A DNA stretch of 63,497 bases, filler included, from Dirinaria sp. TL-2023a (lineage: Eukaryota): the NCBI GenBank assembly GCA_051941275.1. It is 9 parts of 9 records of this genome, joined end to end, with 100 filler letters (N's around TTAATTAATTAA, not from the genome) between each part and the next. Parts side by side here need not be neighbours in the genome. Positions count along the whole stretch, not along the records: positions 21,300 to 28,269 come from JAVEBF010001382.1; positions 28,370 to 35,326 come from JAVEBF010001383.1; positions 35,427 to 42,382 come from JAVEBF010001384.1; 6 more parts are not named here. The stretch is one strand, 5' to 3'. Position 1 is the stretch's first letter. Each line of letters begins with the position of its first letter. The notes beneath the pieces are model-generated. The model was given only the letters and a program-made list of their open reading frames with translations. It did no database searches and was not told the DNA's origin. The position numbers were made by a program, and so were the translations under genes. Of this stretch, positions 24,782 to 37,249 are shown piece by piece.

Positions 24782-26124
24782 AGAGGAGAGCAGCTTTTGT
24801 TATTAATCGACAGAACCAGCGAGGATCTAAATACTACAGATGGGAACCAGCCGCAGTAACACAGCCTGCGCAATCAGTCATGACAAAATGGCCATGCTAA
24901 ATATATATATTTTCCTTGTTCTTGAGCCGGTACCCAACTGGATGGCCCACCTGGGGTGGCGACTTTCTTCATTGGACACCAAGTGGATTTCTATTGCAGA
25001 TACCACTAGCCTTGAGGACCGGCAATAGGATATTTCTTGGAGCCTCAACGGTGAAAAGAAAGAGAAAAAAAAAACCTTTTTATTTCCGTTCTGTTCTACC
25101 GGCTTGGATTACATGTCTGTGTGATGACTGCCTGTTTCTTTCCTTCGCAGCAAGTGACTTTGATTTACGTTCATGTGATGACCTCTTCAGCCGTGTCTCG
25201 CCAATTTATGTGAAACGTTGGAGGAAAGCCCTTTTTTTTTTTTCTCAAATGAACTTGCCTTATGTGTGTGCGGCTGTTTGACCTCAAAACTTTGTTGGAA
25301 ACTTGAAATGTAGTGTTTATTAGGCAGCAAGGACTGCACATTTGTTGTCAACTTAGGTTTTCCCTTTTCCATACTATTGATTGGAAAGGTGATAGCGAAC
25401 CTCGGCTGGCTGATCTGTGTACGGCTAGGCTGTCTGATAATTAGGTAAACAAAAAGGACTTTTTATTATTAGTATCGAACCAGTTCTATCAGATCGTGGT
25501 ATCCGCCAAATGCGTGCCTCCATAATTGAATCCATCAGGTAGGGGCGATACTTCTTGATATTTGTATTGGGACTCGATCTATCAATCCGCAGTATTTTGG
25601 AATGCATAGTAGAAATTTATCGCTTCCTATTTCCTAGATTTGTTTCACTCATTCCCTACTGCGCTATCATCTCGACTACAACCTTTCGATCCAACAACTT
25701 CATACTTGCAATTTCTTCTCCTTGGGACGACTGCTCCCTATCTACACATATTCTATATCAGTACTAACCAAAAGCCTTCACCTCAACCTCAGCTTCCACT
25801 GCTACTTTCGAATTAGGGTTACATCAGGGCTCTAGTTCCACCGCCTCCTAAGGGAAAATGACCTTCTACCTGGTCCTCGTATGTACATACGAATCCGACT
25901 CTATCTGCTGGCCGTTCTCGAAGTCGAAAAACCTTTTTATTCTCCATCTACGTCAGTGTCCATACTTATTGATGGTAGGGAATCCCTATCTGTGTTTTTT
26001 ACACTGGTATGAGGAATACTGATGAAGTTGCTGCTCACTTCGAATCATGATACGTCGACTATCGAAATTATTTGAGGTGCGTCTTGTTTTCATTGATATC
26101 TATGAAGAGTGTCCGTTATCCCTC

Positions 26125-26155
<31 letters not shown>

Positions 26156-27095
26156 GGTGGATGGAGTAAGTTTTCGCTTTCAAGTTCCGTGAGGCTGGCG
26201 TGAGTAAGAAAGTTTTTTGACAATGTAGTAAGTATTCGAGTGAGATTAGTGCATTGTCGGGGAGAGCTTCTAATGACGTGATTTTTAAATGGCAAATGTT
26301 ACTGTGAGACGGAGTAACAAAAATCTTACGCTATCTATACGCAGAATCTCAAATCGTTCGTTGTTTATTCCTCTTTCCGACGTCGAAATCACCAAATTTT
26401 CGAGCAAAACCGAGAACACTACTGGCTCTCACAAAATTCGCAATGATCATTTCCACATTGTGATCGAACTCAAAAGAATCTAGCGTGAATTGCCACTACC
26501 CATCAAAGGACATTGGACCAGACCCTCTCGCCTAAACAGGACGATTGACACAATTAGAAATCAAAATGTCATCGCTTTCAAGTTCCTTGAATTGCACAAA
26601 AGCCCTGTATGGGAGGATTTTGCATTCCCTCATAGTCAATTTGCTAGCTAACAAGAATCAACGCAAGTACAGAATCTCTTTCTTCCTCTTCCTCTATCTT
26701 TCAAATTTGCCATCCCCATCTCTCCTTTCAATCTTGCCCCTAAACTCCACACATATGATTCAAAAGCATATTGATCCCCCAGTCACTTGTCATCCAACGA
26801 AAGCTCTTGAACTCTTACAAAGCATCTGTATTCTGTAACAAGAACACTGAACCTTAGTGGATTGATCGACATAGTCCAAGCTGAAGCGTTGCTAAGCTAA
26901 AAGGATACTTCGACGTCACAGCAAAGCCGCGCATCAAAGCATATGCACAGCTAACACGCGACAGCCGCATCATTACGCACTTAGCCATGGATCAACCTTC
27001 CAACAGATTTAGCTAATGCACAAGAATGTTGCACAGTTTAAAAAAATGACATGGCTTTTTTTTTTTTTTTTAATATGTCTGTTAGCACCATCAAT

Positions 27096-27714
27096 ATGCT
27101 CTTTCTTTTGCTCCTGCCGGTCCTGTGCCTCAGCGCCACGATACGGCTCAACCCGATCGCCTTGAGCGCAGGACAGAACCCATCGCCTCAAATCAGGTAA
27201 TCGCCATTTTTCTCTCACTCACTCTCTCAACGAAATCGCGGGCTCTCGACTGATGCAGCCCCCCCACAGCAGCACCGTCAACACCAGCACCCCAAGCCCC
27301 GTCCACTCCCTCCTCATCCCGACCCCAATCCCAGGCACCGATCTCCTCGTAGACTGGCAGCCCATGGAATACCGCCCATGGGCTCCACCTTCCTGCTCAG
27401 ACTTCGGCGCCGCCGCGCGAGAAATGTCCGCCGAGCTGATTTCCCGGCTGGCCCGAGAAGGCAACGTGCTCATCGGTGCTGCCGGGGTAATGACCCGTCA
27501 GGGCAAAGTCTTTATCGAGGCCCGCGAGAACACGCAGATGACACTCAATCAGACCATGGGCGCACTCATCGCTCTTGAGAGTCAGGAGAGGGGTATTGGG
27601 TACTCGGATAGTATCGGGGATGTTTATACGGCTGATGCGTTGCAGGCGCAGGAGCCTATTGGTGTTATTTGTGCGCTGGTGGTGCCTTATTCTGGGGGGA
27701 CAAAGGGGGGTTGA
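27096..27714 (+). CDS. Small secreted protein of unknown function, join(27096..27196,27270..27714), ~181 aa
   Basis: Exon 1 encodes MLFLLLLPVLCLSA (signal-like). A GTAATC..CTGAT..CAG intron joins it in frame to the 27253 ORF. Confidence 0.65.
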
Positions 27715-28269
27715 ATAGGTAGGTATCTATTGTATGCAAAGAAAGACTTTCAATGGGATCGGATCGACACTACAGTGAAAAAAGTGGCGTTGGCCGCCGC
27801 CGTTCTAACTCACTCTGATATCATACTACGCGTTCGCGTCGTCGTAAATATTTTTTTTCCCCAGTTAATTTCCCATTATTCCTTCTTCACGCGTTTCAGC
27901 ATCCTACCACCACCACCAATACCAATTCTTTTGTTTAAAACCCCCAGATTCAAATTCCAAGATGCATAGACACATTCTTGACCTTGAAAAATAACCCTTA
28001 GCCCCCGAATCATGTTTTATCCTCTATTCGCCAATCCCTTCGCGATTCCAAAACGTTTCCCGAAAATTCTTTTGAATCTAGATCTCTCGCCCCTTCGTGT
28101 GGATCTAGTAGACTGCACTACCTCCAGACCACTAAGAAATGTGTAATATCGTAATGGAATGAACTTATATATCTAAGGAAATAATATGAATGGTTGGTCT
28201 CTGGGAATTAAATTTTGACGGGTCTTTTATCGGCTGCTTGGGTTGTATCGTAGTGCGATCCTTTGGGGG

Positions 28270-28369
28270 NNNNNNNNNNNNNNNNNNNNNNNNNNNNNNN
28301 NNNNNNNNNNNNNTTAATTAATTAANNNNNNNNNNNNNNNNNNNNNNNNNNNNNNNNNNNNNNNNNNNN
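28270..28369. other. Artificial contig linker
   Basis: N44-TTAATTAATTAA-N44. Confidence 0.98.
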
Positions 28370-28370
28370 G

Positions 28371-28607
28371 GAAAGGGGGAATGGTAAGGAAGAGGCGGAG
28401 GGGGATGAAGAAGGGGATATCACGGCCGCGAGAAGGAGGAGGAGAGAAGCTAATGAGAAGTTTTTCGACAAGGTGCAGGAGGGCGTTGTGGATGTGGTTG
28501 GGAAGTTGGAGACGGTGGCTGCTGCCATGGGAAAAGTTGAGAGAGAAAGCAGGTCTATCTGGTCGAGTGGGAGCGATAGTCTTGATACTGGGTCGATCAC
28601 TTCGTGA
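28371..28607 (+). CDS. 3' end of a gene truncated by the contig start (helical, charged C-terminus)
   Basis: The frame is open from the contig edge: ERGNGKEEAEGDEEGDITAARRRRREANEKFFDKVQEGVVDVVGKLETVAAAMGKVERESRSIW..*. It is absent from the ORF track because it has no start codon. Confidence 0.6.
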   Translation, partial: ERGNGKEEAEGDEEGDITAARRRRREANEKFFDKVQEGVVDVVGKLETVAAAMGKVERESRSIWSSGSDSLDTGSITS

Positions 28608-29125
28608 ACTGATGGAGAGCTCCGAGATATTCATCGCAGATAGTTCTTAGCCAGTGACCAGAGCTCTTCCGTCGAAATTGGCGAAATGGGCCCGCTCACT
28701 GTGACTCTGGCATGCAATGCAAATTGGTAGGTTCTATATGTATGCGGAAACTGAAAACTGCTCATGATTTATCAGATTGCAAAGCACCCCTCATCGAATC
28801 ATAAAATTAAGAAAATAATCTACGGACTGATTTCAAGCCGCCATCAGCCACGCTGCCTACAGCGTGCATTGAGGATCCGAAGCGCAGAGCGGACGGCCAT
28901 AAAGAAATAAGAGCAACATCTTACACTATTGTGACATTTTGCTGCCGTAGGTCATGCTCGATGGATCTTCTATCCTTGCTTTATGCCCCATCCTCAAGAT
29001 CGCGTTTCGTAAGATATAGGCTCAATGTTGGGTTTTTGGCTGTAACTATCGAAGAGACTGCGTCTCTTATGTTCATTATCAGCATCACGGTGTTCTTCAT
29101 GGAGCGCGGCAACCTTACATGGACT

Positions 29126-29909
29126 TCATGACGTTTCTCTTTCACGAGACTGACAGCGTTCGCCGTTGCTATGCTTGTGGTACCCGCAGCGGACTGGCCA
29201 GAAGTCGTACTGCTCATTCAATCTTGATCCGATTCTTAGCTTGTGAACAGCAACCAGTACTGACGCCAGGAAGCTTTTGCTGTATAGTTCGACCGCTTCT
29301 CCCGTGCCCAAAATTGCGGAGATGTCAGCCTTGTAGGCGTATAGATCGATGAGAAAGGCACGTATACGCGCTGTTGCCGGGGTGTTCAGGGTGTTCTCCA
29401 AGGTAAACTCGATTTCTTCTGGTTGAGGGACTGATCCACCTGCGGCATTACATTTGATCATGGCATCAATGCACGCGTTTTGATAATTCGTGATAATCCT
29501 TCTGTCGGCGAAGACATAGTTCTGGCATAGATGAGCCCATGTCAAGGACTCCCAGGTCTCGTCTTCATCCAGCATTCTGCCGGTATAGAGCTACATGATG
29601 AAGCGACGGATCACTTCTGGGTCCTCATCCTCGAATGTCACAAGATTTTTGCTAGCCTCCACGGTGTTGCCTCCGAAGCAAGAAGCAAAATAGCCGGGCT
29701 GGTTAAGAAAGAGGTCTTTATGCACTGCGAAGGTTTCTTCCTTGGGACCAACTCTGACATGCACGACAGAGGAACTGAAGGCTGACCTAGAGGAAGCGTC
29801 AGCAGTATGTCACCATAAAGGTCCACCCAACCTACATTAGACTGGTTTTCTTGGTGGGATTTCCCACTGATTGATTATCGCCACACCTGTCTCTGTGTGA
29901 ATCCGCCAT
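29126..29909 (-). pseudogene. BTB/POZ-domain gene with a single in-frame TAG (29591..29593), complement join(29126..29786,29836..29909)
   Basis: Spliced reading: SVVHVRVGPKEETFAVHKDLF..YFASCFGGNTVEA..DPEVIRRFIM*LYTG..YVFADRR..CGYHKH. The paralogs in this contig have W at the stop position (CWLD, FWLY). No other lesion seen. Confidence 0.8.
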
Positions 29910-31816
29910 CTGGACTGGTCCTAGTAATACTTGTTTCACACTGTAACGACGGGTCAAGTGATATAGGATTAGAGATGCTTTGTGACTTCTAAAAGATTGA
30001 ACAAGAGCAAAGATGGATGCAAAAGTATGCACCAACGCGACTCCATTTAAGCTCTGAACAGAAGGCCTAGCTCTGAACAACAAATGAGCAATGTTGTGGA
30101 TTTGCTGTGGAAAGAGCGTGTTTGTGTCCCATCTCGTGACACCAATTTCTACTTCTCGAAATGTTGGTATCAGAAGATCGTGACTGACGGAACAACAAAC
30201 ATCCCTTGTTTGTTTGCAGGTGATTTCCTATAAAGTCAATATATAATTCAGTTTGAAATAGCTGGGTATTTGTTATTTATACTGCCGAGCAGCTCAGCAC
30301 CCAAACGGAGTCGCATATATAAGCTCTCGTATTTTCCTCCAGGAAATGGCCAAGCACAAAGACCTCAGTATGCAATTCAGAGTATCTTCTCACCGACAAA
30401 AGATCATTGGTTCGGTGTGGTATCAGTAAAGGTTCGAAAGCAAAGCTCAATCCAGACCATAGCGGCATAGCCATCCTAAATCAAGGCAGCTATTCGAAAT
30501 CGGTCCAATTCTCGAGTGTCATGATCGAAGAAAATCGGTTCGATCAAACATGAAGGCATAGCAAACATAATGCTCCGCTGTTCAATCGCACAAGGAAGCT
30601 ACCTTATTACCAATCATGTTGTGGCTCATTCTCCTGTCAGATCTGGACTGGTAAAGGACGAAATTTAACCCCTAGGGAATCGAATCGTTCGTGCAAATAT
30701 ATAGTATAGAGCTACTGACAAAGCCCGTGCTTGACTTTGCAGCTCTCAGAGCGGCGTGAGGGAGAAAAGCTGGTTTTCTGTCTGTCTTCGAAAAGTTTTG
30801 AGGTGCATGTCGCTACTTTGCTTCACATTCTGGATGTTTCTTGCCGAAATTTGATGCCTTGGCTTGATGTCCTTTCCTGATGTCCTTTCCTGAGGCCTGC
30901 CAAGCAAATCCGGATGCAATCTCTTGTGGAGCATGACAGAATTATCAACGACATAAAGAATGCGCTCATCGGTCCATGAACACTCGTTGTCAAGAGACGA
31001 GTGGCTAAGATGCATCACTGCTCTTATAGGGGGACCCACGAGGAAATCCTGGGGAATTCTAAAACAAGACCGAAGAAACCAATTTAATAAGGAGCTGGCC
31101 AAGGAACCAGTACCGCTCTTGCTGGAGCTTGGACAGCGGTGCCTGGTTCATTTGACCCATTAGCAGCAAGGTTAGTGCTGCCAGCCCAGGCCCTGAGTTC
31201 TTGAGACCAGCATAGCTCTGTATGAGCCAGCACAGATCTTGGAAACAAGGCAACTTCATTTCTGTCTCATACTTATCTTTCCTGCTGCCAGTGTTAACAC
31301 CTTTGATGTGGCAAGCTTCAAACTGTGAAAGCATGATTCAACTCCCAAAGCCAAGTTACATACCTGGCTGGGTGAAGACAAGGTTTCCTGCTGCAGGTTC
31401 ATAACCAGCATCATGCTAGGTTCCCATATTCATTGAATCCCAAGTCAAAGGTAGAAAGAGCATCTCCTGTTGTTCCTTTGTGTGTCTTACTCAGAGCACA
31501 TCTGCTTGCAACTAGCACTCTGCCAAAGCATCAGATACGGAAATGACACTATGGAGACACTATTATCACTCGCTTAGAGGAATCAACACAAGATTAGTAT
31601 ATAACCGGATTTAATATCCGCCGGTAGGCCCAGGTGATCGTCGTGTTATATTATTTCCTCTTTTCACACTTCCTTTGTTTTTACTATATAACCATCAGGA
31701 TCATAGCAGAGTCTACCGTACAACTGCTTCTTTCACCACTATTATCAACCTCGCACCACAACTAAACAACTATCCTCATCTATTACATCTCAAGCCTCTA
31801 CAAACATCAACTCAAG

Positions 31817-32636
31817 ATGGCCGCCCCAGCAAACGCTCCAGGCAACACCCTCAACGACATCTTGCAGGAATACGAGTAAGTACCTCTATCATTTTCTCCA
31901 ATAGATTCGTTCAAGCTGACTGAAGCCCAGGACAGCTATCTGCAACGCGGTGACAATCGAAATCGGGCCCGCAAAGATATTGTACCGCCTCCCGAAAGAC
32001 GTTCTTTGCAATATAAGCCCATACTTCCGAACCGCGTTGAATGGCAACACGAAAGAGGCTGCAGAGCAGTCAATCTGGCTGCCGCATGTGGACGTCGACG
32101 TATTCGACTCCTTCGTGTGCTGGTTAGATGGTGGCGACATCGATCGCATCGATGAGGACTCTGCTTGGACATACCTTATCGAGTTATACGTCTTCGCCGA
32201 CTCTCATGAGCTCTACTATCTCATGAACGACATCACCGATGCGATGATCGAAATTGTGTGCGCAGCGAACCCAAAACCCACGGAATTCGATCTCTCGGTG
32301 TTGCACTCAATTTACAACTACTCGACCCCGGGCTCTCGCTTGCGCAAATTCTTTGTTGATCTGGCAATTTACAAGCCTGACATGATCAAGCTTCGCCATG
32401 ATCTGAGCCAGCATTACCCGGACGAGTATCTCGCCGATCTCTGCCAAGAGCAGTCCACATTCCTCCAAGCCCCTGTGCAGATACCAACAAATCCTAATCC
32501 CACGAGGCTGGAGATGGCAATAGCACAGCGGCCACTCGTTCCCCCCCAAAGGCTGTGGACTTTGGACTTTAAAGCCCGTTACCACATTCCTGTACCTCCA
32601 AGCTTGGGATTATCCCGCCTTGTGTTGGAAGGATAA
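31817..32636 (+). CDS. BTB/POZ-domain protein, join(31817..31875,31931..32636), ~254 aa
   Basis: VTIEIGP..YRLPKDVLCNISPYFRTALNGNTKEA..FDSFVCWL..LYVFAD..GSRLRKFFVD, with a GTAAGT..CTGAC..CAG intron. Confidence 0.88.
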
Positions 32637-33668
32637 TTTGTACAAGGGTTACTGCGGTGGAGGATTGTTGTCATTGTATACGAGCGTCTATGCATTATTT
32701 GGGCGAGGATGGGCACCTGTCTAAGAGATTAGTTCTACAGCTGGGGATTTGGGAGGTGGTTTTATACTCCTTTGAAGTTTTTTTCAAGTTTCGTCAGTGG
32801 ACTTTTAGCGATCGTATTAGCTTTGCAAACACTATTCTTTGAGATGATGATACAAATTTCCTCTACCGATTCAGTGATAACAGTGTTCGTGTGCTACTGA
32901 CTTGCGGTCTAGCAAAATGTTCGTCGGCCCCTTTACCAGATCATGTCGTCACAGTCATCAACAGAAGAGTATCAAGCGATAAAAGCTACCCCAGACACGA
33001 CGAGGAAGCCTCCCTATGGCAAGGCTGGCGCGCGGCTGAGACTCAGAAGATTGCCATGCTCAACGGCTATCACCTTCCGTAGATATGGTTCTGACATGAA
33101 GCTCGTCCCGTCATAGTGAGAACTTTGGAGCCTGCCAATAATGCTGTCGCGCAGACTGCATGACCTATTTTGCTGCTCTTTAGCCTAGCCAAGGCGTACG
33201 TTCTCGGAGTCTTCGCTGTTTGTGAGTGATTGCTAGTAGAGTATTTATTTCGCTTGATCAATGGCTTGCTCACTCGTGGTGTGATCCTCGAGGCATACGA
33301 TAATGAGTCACTCCTCAGCTAATTCTTATCTTAGCGAAGGCTGTCGCAGCATGGGAGTTACATGACTACAAGCAACAGTATGACCTCCATATACTTCCCA
33401 ATGAATTGTTCTCTCAACAGTCTCTCATCAATCCACTCAGATGACTGGGCATCGACGTGGTCGCAGGTTGTACAAATAGCATCTCTGATCACTTTAGCCC
33501 TTCCCAAGCTTTTTACTTGCATTATTTATCTCTTTAGTTGAGTGGTGGTACTTCAGACTCGGACTTGCAATAGGTTAGTTCAAGTATCCTTGAGAGCCCA
33601 TGACTTCTACTCATTCTTAGCCTACCGCAGAACAACAAAGAAATCTGTTCCCAAGTTCATATGCCAAT

Positions 33669-34386
33669 ATGCCGACAACAAGTGAACCAGCCACCATGAA
33701 AGATCGTTTATGTCCGTATTCGCAGCTTCAAAGATCATTCAAGATGACCCTGCTGATTTGTGTGCCACGCTAGTGATATGCTTGATACCGTTGTGCTGAT
33801 CAAAGTCGGACCCGAGAAGACCGAATTCGGGATCCACAAAGGCGTCCTGTGCAATGCTAGCCCATTTTTCCGAGCGGCGCTTGAAGGAGGTTTCAAAGAA
33901 ACAGTGGAGCAGACCTTAGAGTTGCCCGAGGCGGCGGTTGATGCCTTCAAGCTCTTTCAATTTTGGCTGTATTCTCGACGGTTCGAGAAGCCATCGGCAT
34001 ATGCTGATACTGAAGAAACCTGGACCTCTTTTGTTCAGCTTTATATCTTTGCGGAGGTTCACGGCATGCCTGAGCTTCAAAACGATGTCATGGATATCCT
34101 CTGCGCACTTTTCGAACTGGGATATCCGTTCGATTGGTCGGCGATCACGGATGTTTATAAAGATTGCCCCAGCAATAGTCCACTAAGAAGAGTCATCGTC
34201 GACATGTGTGTTAGGCTGCCGCTGAGCAAAGCGGGTTGGTTTCAGGAGGACGTACTGTCGAGTTATCCAATAGAGTGGCTTAGAGATGTCATTTTGGCGC
34301 AAGATTATCTTCTCACCTATGGGCTGAAGATCACTGATCCTAAAGGTAAGGATTATCATGTCAAGGTCGAACCCGAGGAGGAGTGA
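33669..34386 (+). CDS. BTB/POZ-domain protein, probably join(33669..33715,33774..34386)
   Basis: VLIKVGPEKTEFGIHKGVLCNASPFFRAALEGGFKE..FQFWLY..LYIFAE..SPLRRVIVD..DYHV. The first exon is tentative because the GTATTC donor is weak. Confidence 0.87.
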
Positions 34387-34984
34387 GGCGGAATTCTAGC
34401 ACAGCAGAGATCAGCCACATTTCCTTCTTAGGCTCACTGGATATTGGAAAGTCAGGCTGGATATATCCGCAGCATGAAGGCACGAGTATTCATGTAACTA
34501 ATTCCCTTCAACCTGAACGGCAAAGATGGAGCTTGAGATCTAGATAGCATTACTAGAACCCGCATGCACATATGAGATCGGGGACATTTTGTAATTCTCT
34601 CTTAACGCGTACGTCAGCATTGAACGCTCGACAAGCGATGGGTGGAGAGCTGCCTATCTAGTTAATGATGATTCTCACCAAGCCGCATCGCTAGGCAACA
34701 TTAGAAATTGGGCAGTAGTAGAGATCCCTTTCCCCCCGGGCCCACTCCCTCTACCCAAATCTGCGCTACAGAGCGTAGACGGAGCGAACCTAAAGACACG
34801 AAGGACCTGAAATGATGTATCGAAAGTTTCGGTAGGTTTCGAGTTATGGTGCGAAATCCAGCTATCGCTACTCCTCTGCGGCAGTATAAACTATACATCT
34901 CGATGTCGAGTAACATCTCAGCTGCCAGCAGATCCTCCAAACGCCTTTCAATGCTCGTAGATCCCTTTCGAAAATATAACCCCT

Positions 34985-35326
34985 CTAAGAGCTAGCCATC
35001 AGGGAAACCTAATGGCCCCAAAATCAGTCGTCTAAAAACAAAAACCAACATGGATACTTACAGCCATAATGATACAGCACAACGAAACATAAGGACTCAA
35101 GCGCTCCCCTATCCTCGCGCATTTCCAGAAGATGCCGAAGACCCTATTTCCCCCGCAAAACAAACGTCAGCTCGGCACTAATACACTTGCTCAATGAGCC
35201 CCAAAGGCTGATAGTAAAACATACCCATCCCGATTCCTATCCATGATGCCAGGGAAGACGTAGTGTGCATAGGCACTTGTACATATCAGGAGCAGCAGTG
35301 CCAGGAGCAGAGACTGGAAATTGAAT
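34985..35326 (-). CDS. KSH1: Protein kish (Ksh1/TMEM167), 5'-truncated, complement join(34985..35008,35062..35143,35225..>35326)
   Basis: Manual splicing gives FNFQSLLLALLLLICTSAYAHYVFPGIMDRNRDG/VFGIFWKCARIGERLSPYVSLCCIIMA/VSLMASS*, with GTATGT and GTAAGT donors. Absent from the ORF track. Confidence 0.92.
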
Positions 35327-35426
35327 NNNNNNNNNNNNNNNNNNNNNNNNNNNNNNNNNNNNNNNNNNNNTTAATTAATTAANNNNNNNNNNNNNNNNNN
35401 NNNNNNNNNNNNNNNNNNNNNNNNNN
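35327..35426. other. Artificial contig linker
   Basis: N44-TTAATTAATTAA-N44. Confidence 0.98.
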
Positions 35427-36015
35427 ATGCTATTTATTGCGTGAGAAGTGGCTATAAGATGCGAGAGAGGGGTGGAGTATGTTCGGTTTGTTTGGAGATG
35501 TGTTTATGAGTCGTTCGTTCATCGCATAATAGAGTACGTCATGCAGCAGTAATCCCTTCTCTGCCTAGCGCGGCAATATCGGACATTAAAAAACGGTGGA
35601 CCCTGTGCCGCTGAGCCCCTGAAAGGTCTAGTTTCCTGGCGAAGGAATTGGTAGAGAGGTACAATGTACCTTTTTATATCATCGCGTTGCGAAGCTCCCC
35701 GTGTGGTTTAATCAGACAGTGAGTGATACAGATTTGTTCCCATGTAAAGGTCGGGCTCGCGCTTGTTTGCCGCGGTCGATGACGTCGGACCAAAAAAGTC
35801 CGTCACAATGACGTATGTTGGAGAAGCTCTAGGTAAGGTATCACCGGAGCGCTGAGTTGGCTGGCCCTCGTTCGTGTTTATGTTATATTCAGCTTGAACT
35901 GTGGATACTGGAATGGGATGAAGGAATTCCATTCGACTTCTATTCTAAGCTTTCAATTTCTGTTCAAGTGCAATTCCCACCCTCCAAGAGATTGATCTAC
36001 GGTGATTGTTTTACT

Positions 36016-37115
36016 ATGTCTCTGACCAAGTCTTCTTTCGATGCTATTCCAACGTGCTATGCCACCGTCTCCGTCGGTACTCCAAATCATCCTCTTGATC
36101 AAAAACTTGAGGCCATTGCGGGTGCCGGCTTTCAAGGTATTGAGCTCGGGTTCCCAGATCTCCTTAATTTCGCTTCCAAGTTCCATGGGAAGGATGTTGG
36201 GAACGAGGATTTTTTGGACTTGTGCAGTGCCGCGAAGGATGTGAAGGCATTGTGCGAGCACCAGGGACTGAAAATTGTCATGCTCCAGCCTTTTGCCAAT
36301 TTCGAAGGGTGGAAGCCGCAGACGTTCGAGAGGAAGGACGCTTTTCGGCGCGCCAAAGGGTGGATCCAAATCATGGAGACTGTGGGATGTGACATGCTCC
36401 AGGTCGGTCGTCTTGCCAGCGGAGGATCGTGGTTTGCTAACACGCTGTTCTATTCCAGCTGGGCTCAACAGATTCGCCCAATGTGCCGGCTTCTCAGGAA
36501 ACGCTGGCATCGGATCTTCGCCAGCTCGCTGACATGTTGGCGGAACATAACTTCCGACTCGCCTATGAGAACTGGTGCTGGGCAACGCGTGCGCCAGGCT
36601 GGAGGCAAATTTGGGAAATAGTGCAGAAGGTAGACCGGGCGAATGTTGGTCTATGTCTTGACACTTTTCAGACGGCTGGAGGAGAGTGGGCAGATCCAAC
36701 TACCCGCTCTGGTATAATTGAATGTGTGGACAGCCGTGAAGTTCTGAAAAGACGATTTCACGAGAGCTTGGAAGAGTTGGGCAAGTCGATACCGCCGGAG
36801 AAAATTTACATCCTGCAGATATCGGACGCCTATAAGCCAAAGCAACCGCTTGACCCGAATCGAGATAAGGATGGTCTTCAGCCTAGAGGCAGATGGAGCT
36901 CATGTCTAAGGCCAGTACCATTCGACGGAGGATATCTTCCTGTGGTCGATGTAGCCAAAGCCGTGCTCAAAACCGGGTTCCGTGGTTGGTTTTCGATGGA
37001 GGTCTTTGACGGAGGTCCTGATGGCTCTGAGCAGGATTGGGGTGACATGCTTGCATTTACCAAGAAGGCGATGGCATCCCATAAACGTTTGTTGGAAGAC
37101 GTTGCAAAGCCATAA
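36016..37115 (+). CDS. Xylose-isomerase-like TIM-barrel enzyme (3-dehydroshikimate dehydratase QutC/Qa-4-related), join(36016..36402,36459..37115), ~347 aa
   Basis: KLEAIAGAGFQGIELGFPD, LQPFANFEGW, LAYENWCW, GLCLDTFQ, LQISDA, RGRWS and GWFSMEVF, with a canonical intron. Confidence 0.85.
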
Positions 37116-37249
37116 CCTATTCCTTGAATCAGGTTGAGCATACTAATCAGCGTGTGCCTAAGAGACAGTCATGCGCCAGAGTGATTTTCACTTCATTGAT
37201 TCTGACTTCGCCAATAAGTATGCTCAGAATAGACATCTTAGACCCACTC

